Made by a program: the position numbers and the translations under genes. Source: a virus. Taken from it: DNA of 64,000 bases. The notes under the pieces were generated by a model. That model was not told where the DNA came from. It made no database searches and saw only the letters and a program-made list of their open reading frames with translations. The DNA is taken from the IMG/VR virus record IMGVR_UViG_3300021376_000007. One strand, written 5' to 3'. Shown one piece after another: positions 1 through 10,417 of the stretch (its first letter is position 1; each line of letters opens with the position of its first letter).

Positions 1-359
1 TGCTGCATGCACCAAGAGCACGGACGCGCAATGGCAGTAGTGCCATCGAGCTTCAATCTGGCAACATACAAAGTGGAATCGGATGGATCAGAACAACCTT
101 TCATGGCACCTATTTCAGCATGGGTACTGAAACGATTGGGCGGAGTTGTGGGATGTTTCTTTGTGACATTTATGTCAGTAGCAAGAACTGATCCAGCTCT
201 GACGGCAATGCACGCCATTTTGAACCTGTTGTCAGAAGTTTGAGCTAACTTGGCAGCAGCAGCAAGAAAGCTTTTGTCCCTAGTTGATACAGGAGTAGGA
301 TGATAGATGTAAGCATCATAGGGATAAAAAACAAAACTTTGAGTTGATAAGAGTGTCAT
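1..359 (-). CDS. Cytidine/deoxycytidylate deaminase-family protein (runs off window)
   Basis: Manual translation, not in ORF track: MTLLSTQ...THAEIGAMK...LYVARL...ARPCSWCMQ; HAE and PCxxC zinc motifs. Confidence 0.85.
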   Translation of the reverse strand, partial: MTLLSTQSFVFYPYDAYIYHPTPVSTRDKSFLAAAAKLAQTSDNRFKMACIAVRAGSVLATDINVTKKHPTTPPNRFSTHAEIGAMKGCSDPSDSTLYVARLKLDGTTAIARPCSWCMQ

Positions 360-368
360 AAATTAAAA

Positions 369-2054
369 CTAAAATCTCTTTTTGTTATTATCAATTTTAT
401 TTTGAAGCCATTTGGGTTTCGGATTGTTTTCATAGTGACGAGATATGATTTGACTGGCCATACCCTTGGTCATATCAGCAGTGATGGGAACAGCAATTCT
501 TCGAAGAAGTCTCTTCTGGGCATCTGTGGGAAGATCAGATCTCCAAGCAGATGAAGAATCAAGAAGCGCCACAGAAGCTGATCTGTTGGTCTGAACCCAT
601 TTGTCAGAACGGACAAAGGCTTCTCTCATTTCATCAACAACACCAAGAAGTCTCGTTGTTTTCTGATGATTGTCATGAAGAGTTATGTTCCATCTTCCAA
701 GAGTGTCACATTTGATGCGCATTGATTCGTTGTTGTTCAAACCAAGATGAAATTCATCTTCTGCAATTTCGGCCCACACAAGTTTGGAATATTGTTGGAC
801 AACAACATTGGGCGGTGGTGGCATGAACAAATCGATGCGCTTGTAGGCGAGTTCGATGTCCTCAGGAGTGAGAACACGAACAGCTTCTCCGGGACAATAG
901 TTCTCAAGTTCTTCAAATTTTTCGGCAACATCAGTCAAAGACTGGCCCTGCAAATCGAAATCTGGAGGAAGACCGAGAAGAGTCGGAAGACCTATGGGCT
1001 TTTTTCCCTTGGTGGTATCAGATATATCTATCACAATGCAATGCTTTTTGCCGTCGTGCAAACGAGTGCCTCGCCCGACAATCTGAGTGTAAAGAAGAGC
1101 ACTGCGTGTGGGTTTGGCCAAGATGATTGCTTCAATGGATGGTTCATCATAACCTTCGGTCAGAACACCGACATTGATTATCACCTTGGTCAAACCTGAA
1201 GAAAAATTCTGAAAGATTTTTTCCCTTTGATCCTGGGGCGTCGTGCCCAAAATAACTTCTGCGTTTATGGACGCTTGGCTAAAGGATAAGGCCAAGTTTT
1301 GGGCGTGTCGTACGCCGGATGCGAATACAAGGGCTTTCTTAGAAAAAGCCAGATTAGTATAGGCAGCGACGACAGTAGCGTTGCGGCCAGGATTATCCAC
1401 GACACTTTCGAGTTTGTTTTGGGCATAATCGCCATTTTGCATCTCCACTTCTGATATATCTGTGTCAGTCTTAATTCTATATCCGACAAGAGGACAAAGC
1501 CACTTGTCTTTTATTAAATCTTGTATTGTTTTATAATATACAATTTCGTCGAAAACATCAATTAATCTTGTTGAATCTGATCGCTGAGGAGTAGCTGTTA
1601 CTCCCAGCAAAAAGTTAGTTTTAAAATTATCGATAATTCTACGATAAGAAGGAGCAGCTGCGTGGTGCGCTTCGTCTATGACTATAGATCTAAAATAGTC
1701 TTGCGGATAAGCCATAATACGAGGGGTGTTATTACGGCCCAAAGTGGCAACGGAAGCCACCACCACGTCGACATAACCTGCCTTACGCTCTGCTTGCTCT
1801 ATTTCTACAGTAAGATTGGGATTAGAAGCCATAATTTTATTCCTGGCTTGATCCAACAACTCTGCTCTGTGTGCAAGAACGAGCATGGGTAAAAAGGAAG
1901 AATTGATCTTCGGAATATGTGAAAATATGACTGTCTTACCTGCGCCTGTAGGCAATACAACCAATTGTTTTGTTATGCCTCGGTCATAGTGGCTGTTGAT
2001 AGAATCAATAGCTTCTTGTTGATATGGACGCAAAATATAAGTCATATTCATCAA
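369..2054 (-). CDS. SF2 DEAD/DEAH-box helicase (ResIII/Irc3-like)
   Basis: LRPYQ Q-motif, PTGAGKT, DEAHH, TAT, TEGYD, QIVGRGTR. Confidence 0.93.
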   Translation of the reverse strand: MMNMTYILRPYQQEAIDSINSHYDRGITKQLVVLPTGAGKTVIFSHIPKINSSFLPMLVLAHRAELLDQARNKIMASNPNLTVEIEQAERKAGYVDVVVASVATLGRNNTPRIMAYPQDYFRSIVIDEAHHAAAPSYRRIIDNFKTNFLLGVTATPQRSDSTRLIDVFDEIVYYKTIQDLIKDKWLCPLVGYRIKTDTDISEVEMQNGDYAQNKLESVVDNPGRNATVVAAYTNLAFSKKALVFASGVRHAQNLALSFSQASINAEVILGTTPQDQREKIFQNFSSGLTKVIINVGVLTEGYDEPSIEAIILAKPTRSALLYTQIVGRGTRLHDGKKHCIVIDISDTTKGKKPIGLPTLLGLPPDFDLQGQSLTDVAEKFEELENYCPGEAVRVLTPEDIELAYKRIDLFMPPPPNVVVQQYSKLVWAEIAEDEFHLGLNNNESMRIKCDTLGRWNITLHDNHQKTTRLLGVVDEMREAFVRSDKWVQTNRSASVALLDSSSAWRSDLPTDAQKRLLRRIAVPITADMTKGMASQIISRHYENNPKPKWLQNKIDNNKKRF

Positions 2055-2254
2055 AACCCAAAAAGATCTATTTCTCCAAAGAATGGCTCAAAAGTACTTT
2101 TTTTATCAATATCTTCATAATTAAAATATGTTATTTTACCACAAACTATGGTGTTTGACTCTTTAAAACAAAAAATAATATCACCATTATCGTCTTGTTG
2201 TAAGGGAATAAAATCATCGCTTTCTTGTTTCGGAGATTCCAAAATCGGATTCAT
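2051..2254 (-). CDS. Hypothetical protein
   Basis: ORF packed between co-oriented genes, overlapping the helicase start. Confidence 0.55.
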   Translation of the reverse strand: MNPILESPKQESDDFIPLQQDDNGDIIFCFKESNTIVCGKITYFNYEDIDKKSTFEPFFGEIDLFGF

Positions 2255-2259
2255 ATAAA

Positions 2260-2922
2260 TTAGTCTTTCAATATTACTTTATTCTTAATTGTGTTTATAT
2301 TTTCTTTATTGATAATTTCATACGTGACACCATTTTCGTCATAGTACGAAAGAAGTTCATCGATTGTAAATGGACCTGTGTTGTCAACATGAGAAAATAT
2401 AAAGAACAATTCAATCATGTCGCCAGAAGCTGATGAGTTTTCTTCATTGTTTTTGTCGACAGAAACAAGAACAGATTCATCATAAAGATAGGTCAAAGTA
2501 TTGTCAGAATCATAGGTGTAAGGTAGAGTGTATATGTAGCAAAACTCAGAAGAAACAAAAGAGATGTTAACAGCATCGTTTGTTTTTTCTCCTGTTTGTG
2601 GATCTCTTATATTCGTGTCTGCGACAACAATATAAAGAGAAGAGTTGATTGCAATGGGAAAATAGAGAATTTCAGACAAAGCTTGATAAAGATCTTCTTT
2701 ACCGTCAAAAGACCTAACAGTAAAAATACCAACTATATCTTTTGCAGCGTTGAAAACAACACAAGTAGGAAGAAAACTATCGGGACCGTTTGATTTAATA
2801 TAACCAGAAAAAAAATTGGTTATTTTAATTACTTCTGACCAGGCATCAGGAAGAATATCTTGTGTATTTTCATTAAAATTTTCAGGAGATTGAAATTCAA
2901 GTAAAAAAGATTTGTCAGACAT
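2260..2922 (-). CDS. Hypothetical acidic protein
   Basis: 220-aa ORF with AAGG RBS. Confidence 0.7.
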   Translation of the reverse strand: MSDKSFLLEFQSPENFNENTQDILPDAWSEVIKITNFFSGYIKSNGPDSFLPTCVVFNAAKDIVGIFTVRSFDGKEDLYQALSEILYFPIAINSSLYIVVADTNIRDPQTGEKTNDAVNISFVSSEFCYIYTLPYTYDSDNTLTYLYDESVLVSVDKNNEENSSASGDMIELFFIFSHVDNTGPFTIDELLSYYDENGVTYEIINKENINTIKNKVILKD

Positions 2923-3008
2923 AAATACCTTTAAATAGAGAGGCGGTGCCCAGAAAACAAATATTCTCTGGACACCGCCTTTTGTACAAACGAAATCACA
3001 AATTAATA

Positions 3009-5570
3009 TTAAAATTCATGATTAATGAGTTTGGTAACTTTTGGTTTCTCTTTGACATTTGTGAACACAATCGGAGAGTAGTTGGCATGAAATGCCTGAT
3101 AGTCAACTCGATTGTCAAACACATGAGTCTTACCGTCAGGATCAGTGTAGGTCCACTGATCATAACAGGTGGAAACAGGGGTGTACTTGCCGTTGGCAAA
3201 AGTCATGGCGACACGGTTGCCGATACCATAATGAATGAGAGCTTTTTCAAGGTACGGATAAACGACTCGGTTCATGACAATTTGATCGGAGTAACTGCCG
3301 TTTCCAGTGGGGATGAGTATGCTTGCAGCATAAAGAGAAATCACAAAGTCGTGTTGATCTTCAATTCGCTCATAAGAAAGAATCTTTTCAACAATGTTGT
3401 TGTAAAGAGAATCCCACTTATCTCGCTTGATTGCACCAACAGAGTAAACAGAATCATCAGCGTTGGCATTGTAGATGCCCATGCGGAATTGGCGAAGAAC
3501 CGGAATTGCATGGTAATACAAACGTTCAGAAATCTGTCGTACAGAATCGGAGAGTTCAATGTCTTCTTGTGCATACTTGTTGACGCGTTGAACATAGGCG
3601 TTGAAGTAGGACACGCAAAGACTGTTGAGATGAGTCAGAGTTCCTTCGTAGGTTTCAACTTCGGGATACTTCTTGGCAAGTGATTGAAAACGACCAGTCC
3701 AAAGATCTCGATCAATAGCTTTACCGGAATCGAGAACTTCTTGAATGATGGATTCTGCTTCAGCGTCAATTGCTTCGCGATCACGCCCATCAGATGTTTG
3801 AGTGCAGCCGTCAATTGCTGACTCCATAGAACAAACTTGAACGGGACGATGCTTGCGAATAACAGAAGAATGAAGCATGGATGCGTTGACATAGCGACCG
3901 ACGTTACCGCCGCCCATTGCAATGTCAACATCGTGCATCACATCTTCAACTGAATAGTTTTCACCAACTTGACGCGGAGGCTTTGGATCGTACTCGCTGG
4001 GAAGGCCGACATAACGAACTTCGTTGAGACGAATAGCTTGAGAAAGACGCTTTGGCCATCCACGAGAATTGACAGAAGGAAAAGTTACCTTCGTACCGTC
4101 GGACTTCTTCCAAGTCGGATACCATTGACCTTCAACATAATTGAAAATTGAATACTCGCCATAACCGTTTGGTGAACGAGCGACAATTACAACTTTCTTT
4201 CCGTCTTGATTTCCGCCTTCCATCTTGCGATAGAACAGCTTGAAAAAGTCGTCTTGGTCGTGACCGCCATGAGACTCGTACATCTCGAGCCAATCAAAGT
4301 CGTTCACGACATGAACGCCAAGATCGTTGATTCTGTGAATATCGCCTTCTTCAACCTGTATGTCGTATCCTGCCATCTTGGCAAGAGACTCTGGAATGAC
4401 TTGCTCATAAACGCTGCACGGAATCGGAATACGATTCTCAAGAGGCATTGCATGAGAAATAGCCAAAGTCTTGAAAAGCCAAGGAGAGTTAGTGATAGAA
4501 AGACCCATGCTCACCCAGCGGTGACCCACGTAGTTGAGTCGAGCTTGGGCTTCAAGGTCTTCTGTTTCACGATTTTCTCGAGAAAACTGACGAACGAAAA
4601 TTGAACTCCAATTGGCAAGCAACTTGCCGTTGATTGCGTCCTGAAACATCTTTTCGTATTCTTCCTTGAGCCACATTTCCATGTCAGACTTGCGAAACAA
4701 CTTGGGAAGGTTGATCACAGTCTGATCGTCGGTGATGACACGAGACTTGGGACCTTGGGGCTCGGCAAGAAAACGATAACCATTGGAGTAGGTGATCTCT
4801 TTCTTGAGATTGGTACGGGAAGATACCACGTCAATATCAAGAGGAAGATTATCAGAAACAAAGACATTGCCCTTGAGAAGACCTTCAGAAGTAAACAATC
4901 GAGCATTGAAAACTTTAGAAGATGAAAGGTAACGAAGAAGCTTTTGACGAAATTCTGGATCGTAATATATATCACTGTTGTCCAAAGACTGACCCTCTTG
5001 ATGATAAACAGGGAAATTGTCAAGTGCTTGTTGGATCAACCGAGAAGATATGACGAAACCACCGTCCAAAAGACGCTCAAGAGTGGAAGGGTCCTTGACC
5101 CAATCTGCCCATCCACCATTGACAAAATCGTAACGAGTGTAGTCAGTGGGTTCAACCCACTTGATGTTGAGATGGTCAAAATGGGCATTGATCAAAGATG
5201 CGCGATGAAATGACTTTGCACGCTTGGAAGTCTTGCCTCCACCTTTGACCGTGTAACCAGCTTGATTGAGTGCAGACATCCAGCCAGTTTGTCCCTTGAT
5301 GGTGCAAGCAACAACCTTGCGCTTGTCTACCAATGCATACTGGATGGAAGGATGAGTGATGATGTCGTAAAGCTTTTGACGGTCGTAAACATCCCCAGGA
5401 ATGGGCATCATGGCAATTCGAAACTCATCGGAATCTTCGGAAAGATCCATGAGTTCGCGCATGACACCGATGTCGTAAAAGCCAATTTGATAACCCTCTC
5501 CGGAACGAAGAGGAGCATTTTTGAAAGCTTTCATGCGGACTTTTGGTTGATATGTGTTGAAATAGTTCAT
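3009..5570 (-). CDS. Putative single-chain two-barrel (YonO/QDE-1-like) RNA polymerase, paralog A
   Basis: Motif order KTSKR, LDGGFVISSRL, FNARLFTSEGLLKGN, RIPIP, HGGHDQDD (4248-4271), VIVARSPN, GNVGRYVN, SAIDG; strong GGAGG RBS. Confidence 0.7.
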   Translation of the reverse strand: MNYFNTYQPKVRMKAFKNAPLRSGEGYQIGFYDIGVMRELMDLSEDSDEFRIAMMPIPGDVYDRQKLYDIITHPSIQYALVDKRKVVACTIKGQTGWMSALNQAGYTVKGGGKTSKRAKSFHRASLINAHFDHLNIKWVEPTDYTRYDFVNGGWADWVKDPSTLERLLDGGFVISSRLIQQALDNFPVYHQEGQSLDNSDIYYDPEFRQKLLRYLSSSKVFNARLFTSEGLLKGNVFVSDNLPLDIDVVSSRTNLKKEITYSNGYRFLAEPQGPKSRVITDDQTVINLPKLFRKSDMEMWLKEEYEKMFQDAINGKLLANWSSIFVRQFSRENRETEDLEAQARLNYVGHRWVSMGLSITNSPWLFKTLAISHAMPLENRIPIPCSVYEQVIPESLAKMAGYDIQVEEGDIHRINDLGVHVVNDFDWLEMYESHGGHDQDDFFKLFYRKMEGGNQDGKKVVIVARSPNGYGEYSIFNYVEGQWYPTWKKSDGTKVTFPSVNSRGWPKRLSQAIRLNEVRYVGLPSEYDPKPPRQVGENYSVEDVMHDVDIAMGGGNVGRYVNASMLHSSVIRKHRPVQVCSMESAIDGCTQTSDGRDREAIDAEAESIIQEVLDSGKAIDRDLWTGRFQSLAKKYPEVETYEGTLTHLNSLCVSYFNAYVQRVNKYAQEDIELSDSVRQISERLYYHAIPVLRQFRMGIYNANADDSVYSVGAIKRDKWDSLYNNIVEKILSYERIEDQHDFVISLYAASILIPTGNGSYSDQIVMNRVVYPYLEKALIHYGIGNRVAMTFANGKYTPVSTCYDQWTYTDPDGKTHVFDNRVDYQAFHANYSPIVFTNVKEKPKVTKLINHEF

Positions 5571-5669
5571 AATCCCTCCTTAAGAGATTTTATTGCCTTT
5601 CTTTTCTGAATATACTATTGCCTTATCAAAAAACAAAGTTATTCATTTATTGTTTTGATATCGTGGTGA

Positions 5670-6116
5670 TTAACCAAAAAGAATTTCAAGAGATTCTTCT
5701 ACAGTCCAAGAATCTTCTTTCGAAGCTTTGGACGATTTCTTTGAGCGAAGAGAATGCTTTTGGCCAATTGCAAATTTGATGTTTTTGTTGTATCGTACGA
5801 TTGCAATTTCTTGAGTGTCACTGACATCTACTTCAAGAACTTGAAGAGCATCAGGAAGCTTGCCCTCAAAAAGAATTTTTGGGTTTGGAACACCAAGAAT
5901 TGCAATTGCCCAGTGCGTTGTCTTTGCGGGAACAGCAATTCCAAACTTACTGGCTACTACGCCGTAGAAATCAAGAATGTTTCTGTCCTTGTCCTGAGCA
6001 CGGACAATTGGTTTGCAGTATGTGACTTTCTTGTCGTAATTGAACAGCTCATCAGGAGCCGAGTACAAGACAAGGTAGCAGTTGCGCCATTCGGCAGGGT
6101 AACTGGGATATGTCAT
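5670..6116 (-). CDS. Hypothetical protein
   Basis: 148-aa ORF with AGGA RBS. Confidence 0.7.
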   Translation of the reverse strand: MTYPSYPAEWRNCYLVLYSAPDELFNYDKKVTYCKPIVRAQDKDRNILDFYGVVASKFGIAVPAKTTHWAIAILGVPNPKILFEGKLPDALQVLEVDVSDTQEIAIVRYNKNIKFAIGQKHSLRSKKSSKASKEDSWTVEESLEILFG

Positions 6117-6151
6117 AATAATATTCCTGTTATGATTGTGTGTTTACAGTC

Positions 6152-6919
6152 TTAAGAAATTGATTCTTCAGTAAATGGGTTGTTTGGAATGTCTAGTGTT
6201 TGCTTTTTGCCATTGACAGTAATCTTAGTTGGTCTGTCGGCAGGAACTGCGTTGAGATCCTGATAAGCAACAGCATAATAATGGCTCAAGAAGATCTTTA
6301 CTGCGTAACGTCTTGCTTGTGCATCAATCTGTGCATCAGGAAGCTTACCTTCAAGAAGTGTGGTCTTGTCGTTGTTAAAACGAGGATTAAGATCTTGCAA
6401 GATCTTTCCTGCTTTTTCAGAATAATTACCCTGTTCGTTGTTTGTCAAACGACGTTTCTTGTCCTGAAGATAAAGCTGTCCGTAAAAACAGCTTTTTTCC
6501 TCTGAACGATCAGCAAAATTCGTACCAATTTTCCAACACAAAGATTTGAAATCTGGATTGTGTGAAAAGGAAGAATTTTTCTGAGTAGGATCAAGACCAG
6601 CATGGCGCCAAAGTGAACCAACATTTTCAAAATTGTTGATGTCAATAAAAGTTCCAAGAGCAGCTGCAATAGTGGGAGTAATGCCAATTTGAGAAATGGC
6701 CCAAGATCCCACTACAGTTGAACTTACATAGGGAGTGATTGCCCGATCAATTGTTTGAATAGAAGATTCAAGACTTTGTTCAAGATGGAGAATGAGATCA
6801 CCCTTTGTAACCAAGATCTTGTTACGATCCACAAGATCGTAAAAAGTATCCGTAAGGTTGTCAAGTTTTAGATAAAAATTAGTGAGTTCTTTGATTTGAG
6901 CAGGAGTAAAAGTGAACAT
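6152..6919 (-). CDS. IS110 C-terminal/Nop-domain protein lacking RuvC (TasA-like)
   Basis: Helical N-terminus, then QIGITPTIAAAL...SLWRHAGLDP, FYGQLY and AQARRYAVKIFLSH; no DEDD N-terminal domain. Confidence 0.65.
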   Translation of the reverse strand: MFTFTPAQIKELTNFYLKLDNLTDTFYDLVDRNKILVTKGDLILHLEQSLESSIQTIDRAITPYVSSTVVGSWAISQIGITPTIAAALGTFIDINNFENVGSLWRHAGLDPTQKNSSFSHNPDFKSLCWKIGTNFADRSEEKSCFYGQLYLQDKKRRLTNNEQGNYSEKAGKILQDLNPRFNNDKTTLLEGKLPDAQIDAQARRYAVKIFLSHYYAVAYQDLNAVPADRPTKITVNGKKQTLDIPNNPFTEESIS

Positions 6920-6949
6920 ATTAAATATTTCCTGTATTGTTATGGTTTA

Positions 6950-7396
6950 TTAAACACGAGCAGTTTTGTAAGCTTTGTATTTTGCAGAAGCTTCTTTGTA
7001 TTTTTGGAGGACAATTCTGGACATCCAAATGGGAGCAGTAATGAAACGAATTACTTTGTAAATTATCTTAGAAAGATCAACAAGAGCAACCTTCCATTTG
7101 TCCCAATGATGTTGAAACAAATTGCCTCCAACAGCTCTGGCAGGAGCTGAATCGTAATTCCAATGCAAGAAAGCATAACCAGGTATAGACAAAACAGTCG
7201 AAACCATGGCTGCACCAAGGGCAATCAAACCGCTTGCACCGAACGCCAGACCAAGAACGTATGATAAAAAGATCGAAACGAGCATGTTGAACCATTTGTA
7301 ATTATGAGCGTAATAGCGCCAAGCAGAAAATCTTGCCGCAAACATCATCTCCACAATAGTCGACGAAATGGCCAACATCATCATCATTATAAACAT
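6950..7396 (-). CDS. Membrane protein
   Basis: About three hydrophobic segments, basic C-terminus. Confidence 0.7.
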   Translation of the reverse strand: MFIMMMMLAISSTIVEMMFAARFSAWRYYAHNYKWFNMLVSIFLSYVLGLAFGASGLIALGAAMVSTVLSIPGYAFLHWNYDSAPARAVGGNLFQHHWDKWKVALVDLSKIIYKVIRFITAPIWMSRIVLQKYKEASAKYKAYKTARV

Positions 7397-7653
7397 ATTA
7401 AAGCCTTTTTATTAAATATTTATTTATTTTGTTCTTTGTCGAATTTATGCTGGACATACACAAGTGATGCAACAGTGGCAAAAACTGTGAGAACAGCAAT
7501 AAAGTCAATAAACAATCGAAATCCAGACATGATACTCCGTTTAATAATATTTTGTATGAATAAAAAAATAGTTTTTCCCGAGAGAACAAATCCAATGCCA
7601 CATATGGTAGTAGGTTTAAGTTCTCCCAGGAAAACACTATTCTATAGAGAAAA

Positions 7654-8004
7654 TCAGCGGGTGAGCATCACCCAGAGGTCCCAAGTCTTGGTCTTGTCGT
7701 TGTAGGCGGTTGAACGCGCCAGCGAAAGAACATCCTTGCGTGCACGGTTGTAGAGATTGTTGGTGAAATTGTAACAATCCTTCTTTGAGGTAAACGCGAT
7801 GTTGACATGGAACCACTGATTTTGGTTGTTGAGCAACTGCGCGTAGACAGCGGTGTAGATCGGATTGCGAGGACGCCCACGTCCAACGTTGAACGGTGGC
7901 TCAGTGACAGCGGTAAGAAGCTTGCTGGTGTGAGTGACAGCAAACTTGTCGGGACGGGTCATGAGTTGGGTCTCTGAAGAGAGATCCTTGATGCGTGTAG
8001 CCAT
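7654..8004 (-). CDS. Small basic putative DNA-binding protein
   Basis: AAGGAG RBS before MATRIKD; GRGRPR AT-hook-like motif. Confidence 0.6.
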   Translation of the reverse strand: MATRIKDLSSETQLMTRPDKFAVTHTSKLLTAVTEPPFNVGRGRPRNPIYTAVYAQLLNNQNQWFHVNIAFTSKKDCYNFTNNLYNRARKDVLSLARSTAYNDKTKTWDLWVMLTR

Positions 8005-8111
8005 ATTTGTCTCCTTGATAGTGAAACGTATTATTGTTTTGTTTGAGCTAATTCTGGGAACAGCCCGTATTGGTGCTTGTCCCCTTTTTTGGTATTTACT
8101 ATGTTTTATGT

Positions 8112-9080
8112 TCAAGTTGAATAAACTTTAATTCTCCAACTATGAAGTCTTTTTGGTTCTCTGTCATAAAGATACTTGGCCACTTTGACGTTGCATTGTG
8201 GATCTTTGAGAACTGACATATCACCGCGAGGAGATTTGCAAACCAAACTTGTTACAGTTTTCCAAGTACTGTTGATTTGCAAAATACCTGAGTCATAGCT
8301 AGAAACAGCTTTGCATTGTGGAGTTAAAGATTGACAATTGTTCTTTGACATTCCAGATTTGAAGTTCAAACCAATTACATGTGTTTGACAACGAGATTCT
8401 CGCCAAGCAATATAACTGAAAACTTTAACAGGAAGTTGATAATATTCAAACAAATGTTCCCATTTTTTACAATACATGGAAGAATTGGTGGGAAGTTTTA
8501 CATACGCGTGCTTGGTCCACTTCTTGGGTAATCCAATTCTCCATTTACCTGTCGATTTGGATTTAACACAGCCCCAGCCACCAAATCCAACAGGTTCCTT
8601 ATCGTATTGGTAAACGGCTGGTATACCTTTGATTTTGGCAATTTGGGGGTCACGGTAAACTGTGGTTTTGTAACCAAGAACGGCTATGCGATTAGCAACT
8701 TTGATCTGTTCTTCCATGGTTGCTTTGTCAGGAGATGGTGCGAATTCTTCGCCACCAAACCTTTCCCAAGTGCCCATAGAAGAAGAACCAAATTTGCCCT
8801 TGGTGTATATACCAAGTCCACCGGCCCATGTACCACCATTTTTCCAATTATTGGCAGTTTCACATTGTGCAACTTTTTGCCAATAATCAATGGTGGGAGT
8901 AAAGGTAACTTTATACTTTTTCCACTTGATAAATATCAAAGAAGAATCAGTAATCTCAGATGAAGAAGTTGACATTGAAGCAGATGGAAGAACTGCTTGA
9001 GCGGTAGGTGCAACTGTGGTTAGGATAATTGCACTAGTTGCCAGAATAAATGACAACATTGTTTTTCGTAATGTGCGCAT
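8112..9080 (-). CDS. Secreted muralytic enzyme: Rpf-like domain plus second lysozyme/SLT-like domain
   Basis: Signal peptide; WQKVAQCET..W..GGLG...TW..FGG..FAP.PDKAT.EEQI.VA (Rpf); IAWRESRC...DSGILQINSTW (SLT-like). Confidence 0.85.
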   Translation of the reverse strand: MRTLRKTMLSFILATSAIILTTVAPTAQAVLPSASMSTSSSEITDSSLIFIKWKKYKVTFTPTIDYWQKVAQCETANNWKNGGTWAGGLGIYTKGKFGSSSMGTWERFGGEEFAPSPDKATMEEQIKVANRIAVLGYKTTVYRDPQIAKIKGIPAVYQYDKEPVGFGGWGCVKSKSTGKWRIGLPKKWTKHAYVKLPTNSSMYCKKWEHLFEYYQLPVKVFSYIAWRESRCQTHVIGLNFKSGMSKNNCQSLTPQCKAVSSYDSGILQINSTWKTVTSLVCKSPRGDMSVLKDPQCNVKVAKYLYDREPKRLHSWRIKVYST

Positions 9081-9260
9081 GGTATCGCTCCTTTCGTGTG
9101 GGTTTGAGACTTACGTCTCATTAGCAAACGCGCAGGTTGCGAAACCGAAGATTGCACGGGCACATACGAGATGCCCGTTACAGTGGCAAGGTTGCCTCTC
9201 CGACTTCGTAGATATCACTATCTATTAGGTTGGGGATGTTACCCCTGCCCGTTAGGGCAT
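9081..9260 (-). promoter_or_regulatory. Long structured 5' UTR of the Rpf-like gene behind an extended -10 (TGATATAAT, about 9267-9275)
   Basis: Six short hairpins between promoter and GAAAGGAG RBS. Confidence 0.5.
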
Positions 9261-9480
9261 TTATACATTATATCAATATTCTGATAGTGTGAGTTATAAT
9301 TAAACAGATTTTTCCTCCGTTTTTAGGAATACATTTTGTACAAAGTGTATCCCCTGAGAGTCTAAATATTTAAACTCTCAGGGGACACTTCATGAAAACA
9401 TTGTACTCCTGCGCTTCGTAATATTAATTACGTTTCTAAAATAGTACCGTAATTTTAAAATATTACAAAGTTTTAAAGAA

Positions 9481-9729
9481 TTAATTATCTGAATTAAAAG
9501 TCATGCTGCTAGAGTTGACTTGGTTAGGAGTGACAGGAACATATGGATTAATTTTATATACGCCTCTACGAATTTGAGAGAATCTAGTAGGATTCTTTCT
9601 AATGTAGATATACACGTTTTGAACAGTGCAACCAACTTCTGATGCAAGCTGAGCAACAGTGATCTCAACTCCTTTGTTGTACTTGGTATTGATGAGCTGT
9701 TCAATCGCATTGGATTTACCTCTTGGCAT
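9481..9729 (-). CDS. Winged-HTH DNA-binding protein
   Basis: ITVAQLASEVGCTVQNVYIYI helix-turn-helix and RRGVYK wing; GGAGGAG RBS. Confidence 0.75.
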   Translation of the reverse strand: MPRGKSNAIEQLINTKYNKGVEITVAQLASEVGCTVQNVYIYIRKNPTRFSQIRRGVYKINPYVPVTPNQVNSSSMTFNSDN

Positions 9730-9912
9730 TTTGATACTCCTCCGTGAGGGATGATTATTGCTTGTTAAGATATATAAAGATATATAAATATAAGGTAAGA
9801 CTATAGTATATATCTAAAATATCTGAAGTTTTTTAGATACAACTCTTACAAACATATAATATTATAGCATAAAAACCAATTAAGGTGTATAAAATAGGGC
9901 ATATAACAAAAA

Positions 9913-10179
9913 TTATATTTCTACGCCCTTACAGGAACACAATTCGCGGTAAGCTTCAGGAAGATTAGAAAAGGATTCTGAAAGAATTTTCAAACCTTCA
10001 AAAAGCTTAGAAAGAGCTTCTTTGTCTTCTAGATTTATAGGGACACGAAATATCAAATCGTAATATTTATTGTAGACAGAATTAAATGTATTCAACAAAC
10101 CATAAAAATTAGCTTCTAAATTCATCAATTCTGGATTGTCTAAAGGTTCATATGAGTTATAGTGTTGAGTAATATCCAC
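9913..10179 (-). CDS. Hypothetical protein
   Basis: GAAAGG RBS, 88 aa. Confidence 0.55.
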   Translation of the reverse strand: MDITQHYNSYEPLDNPELMNLEANFYGLLNTFNSVYNKYYDLIFRVPINLEDKEALSKLFEGLKILSESFSNLPEAYRELCSCKGVEI

Positions 10180-10417
10180 AATGAACTATTGCCTTTCTAA
10201 AATAAAAAATGTGGGAGAGCCGCTCTGGTCAATTGGAAAGGGAAGTAATTGACCAGAGCAAGCTCTCACTTTGTAAGTTTTTAAAAGCAGAAAAGGAGGG
10301 TATTCTTACTTTAATTTGATACATACAAAGTTTTTCCAGGATTTTTCATGCCCAAGAAAAACTAAGTATATATAAGATTTTATATTAAAGCGTGCAAAAT
10401 CGCGCGATTATTTTTTT

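Noticed and set aside
6152-6919. Active IS110 insertion sequence
   Set aside because: No RuvC/DEDD domain, no non-coding ends, tightly packed in an operon
5570-7660. TIGR array next to the Nop-domain gene
   Set aside because: Flanks are coding and I saw no 36-nt periodic repeats
9081-9260. c-di-AMP (ydaO) riboswitch
   Set aside because: Conserved ydaO sequence blocks not recognisable; kept only as an unknown structured leader
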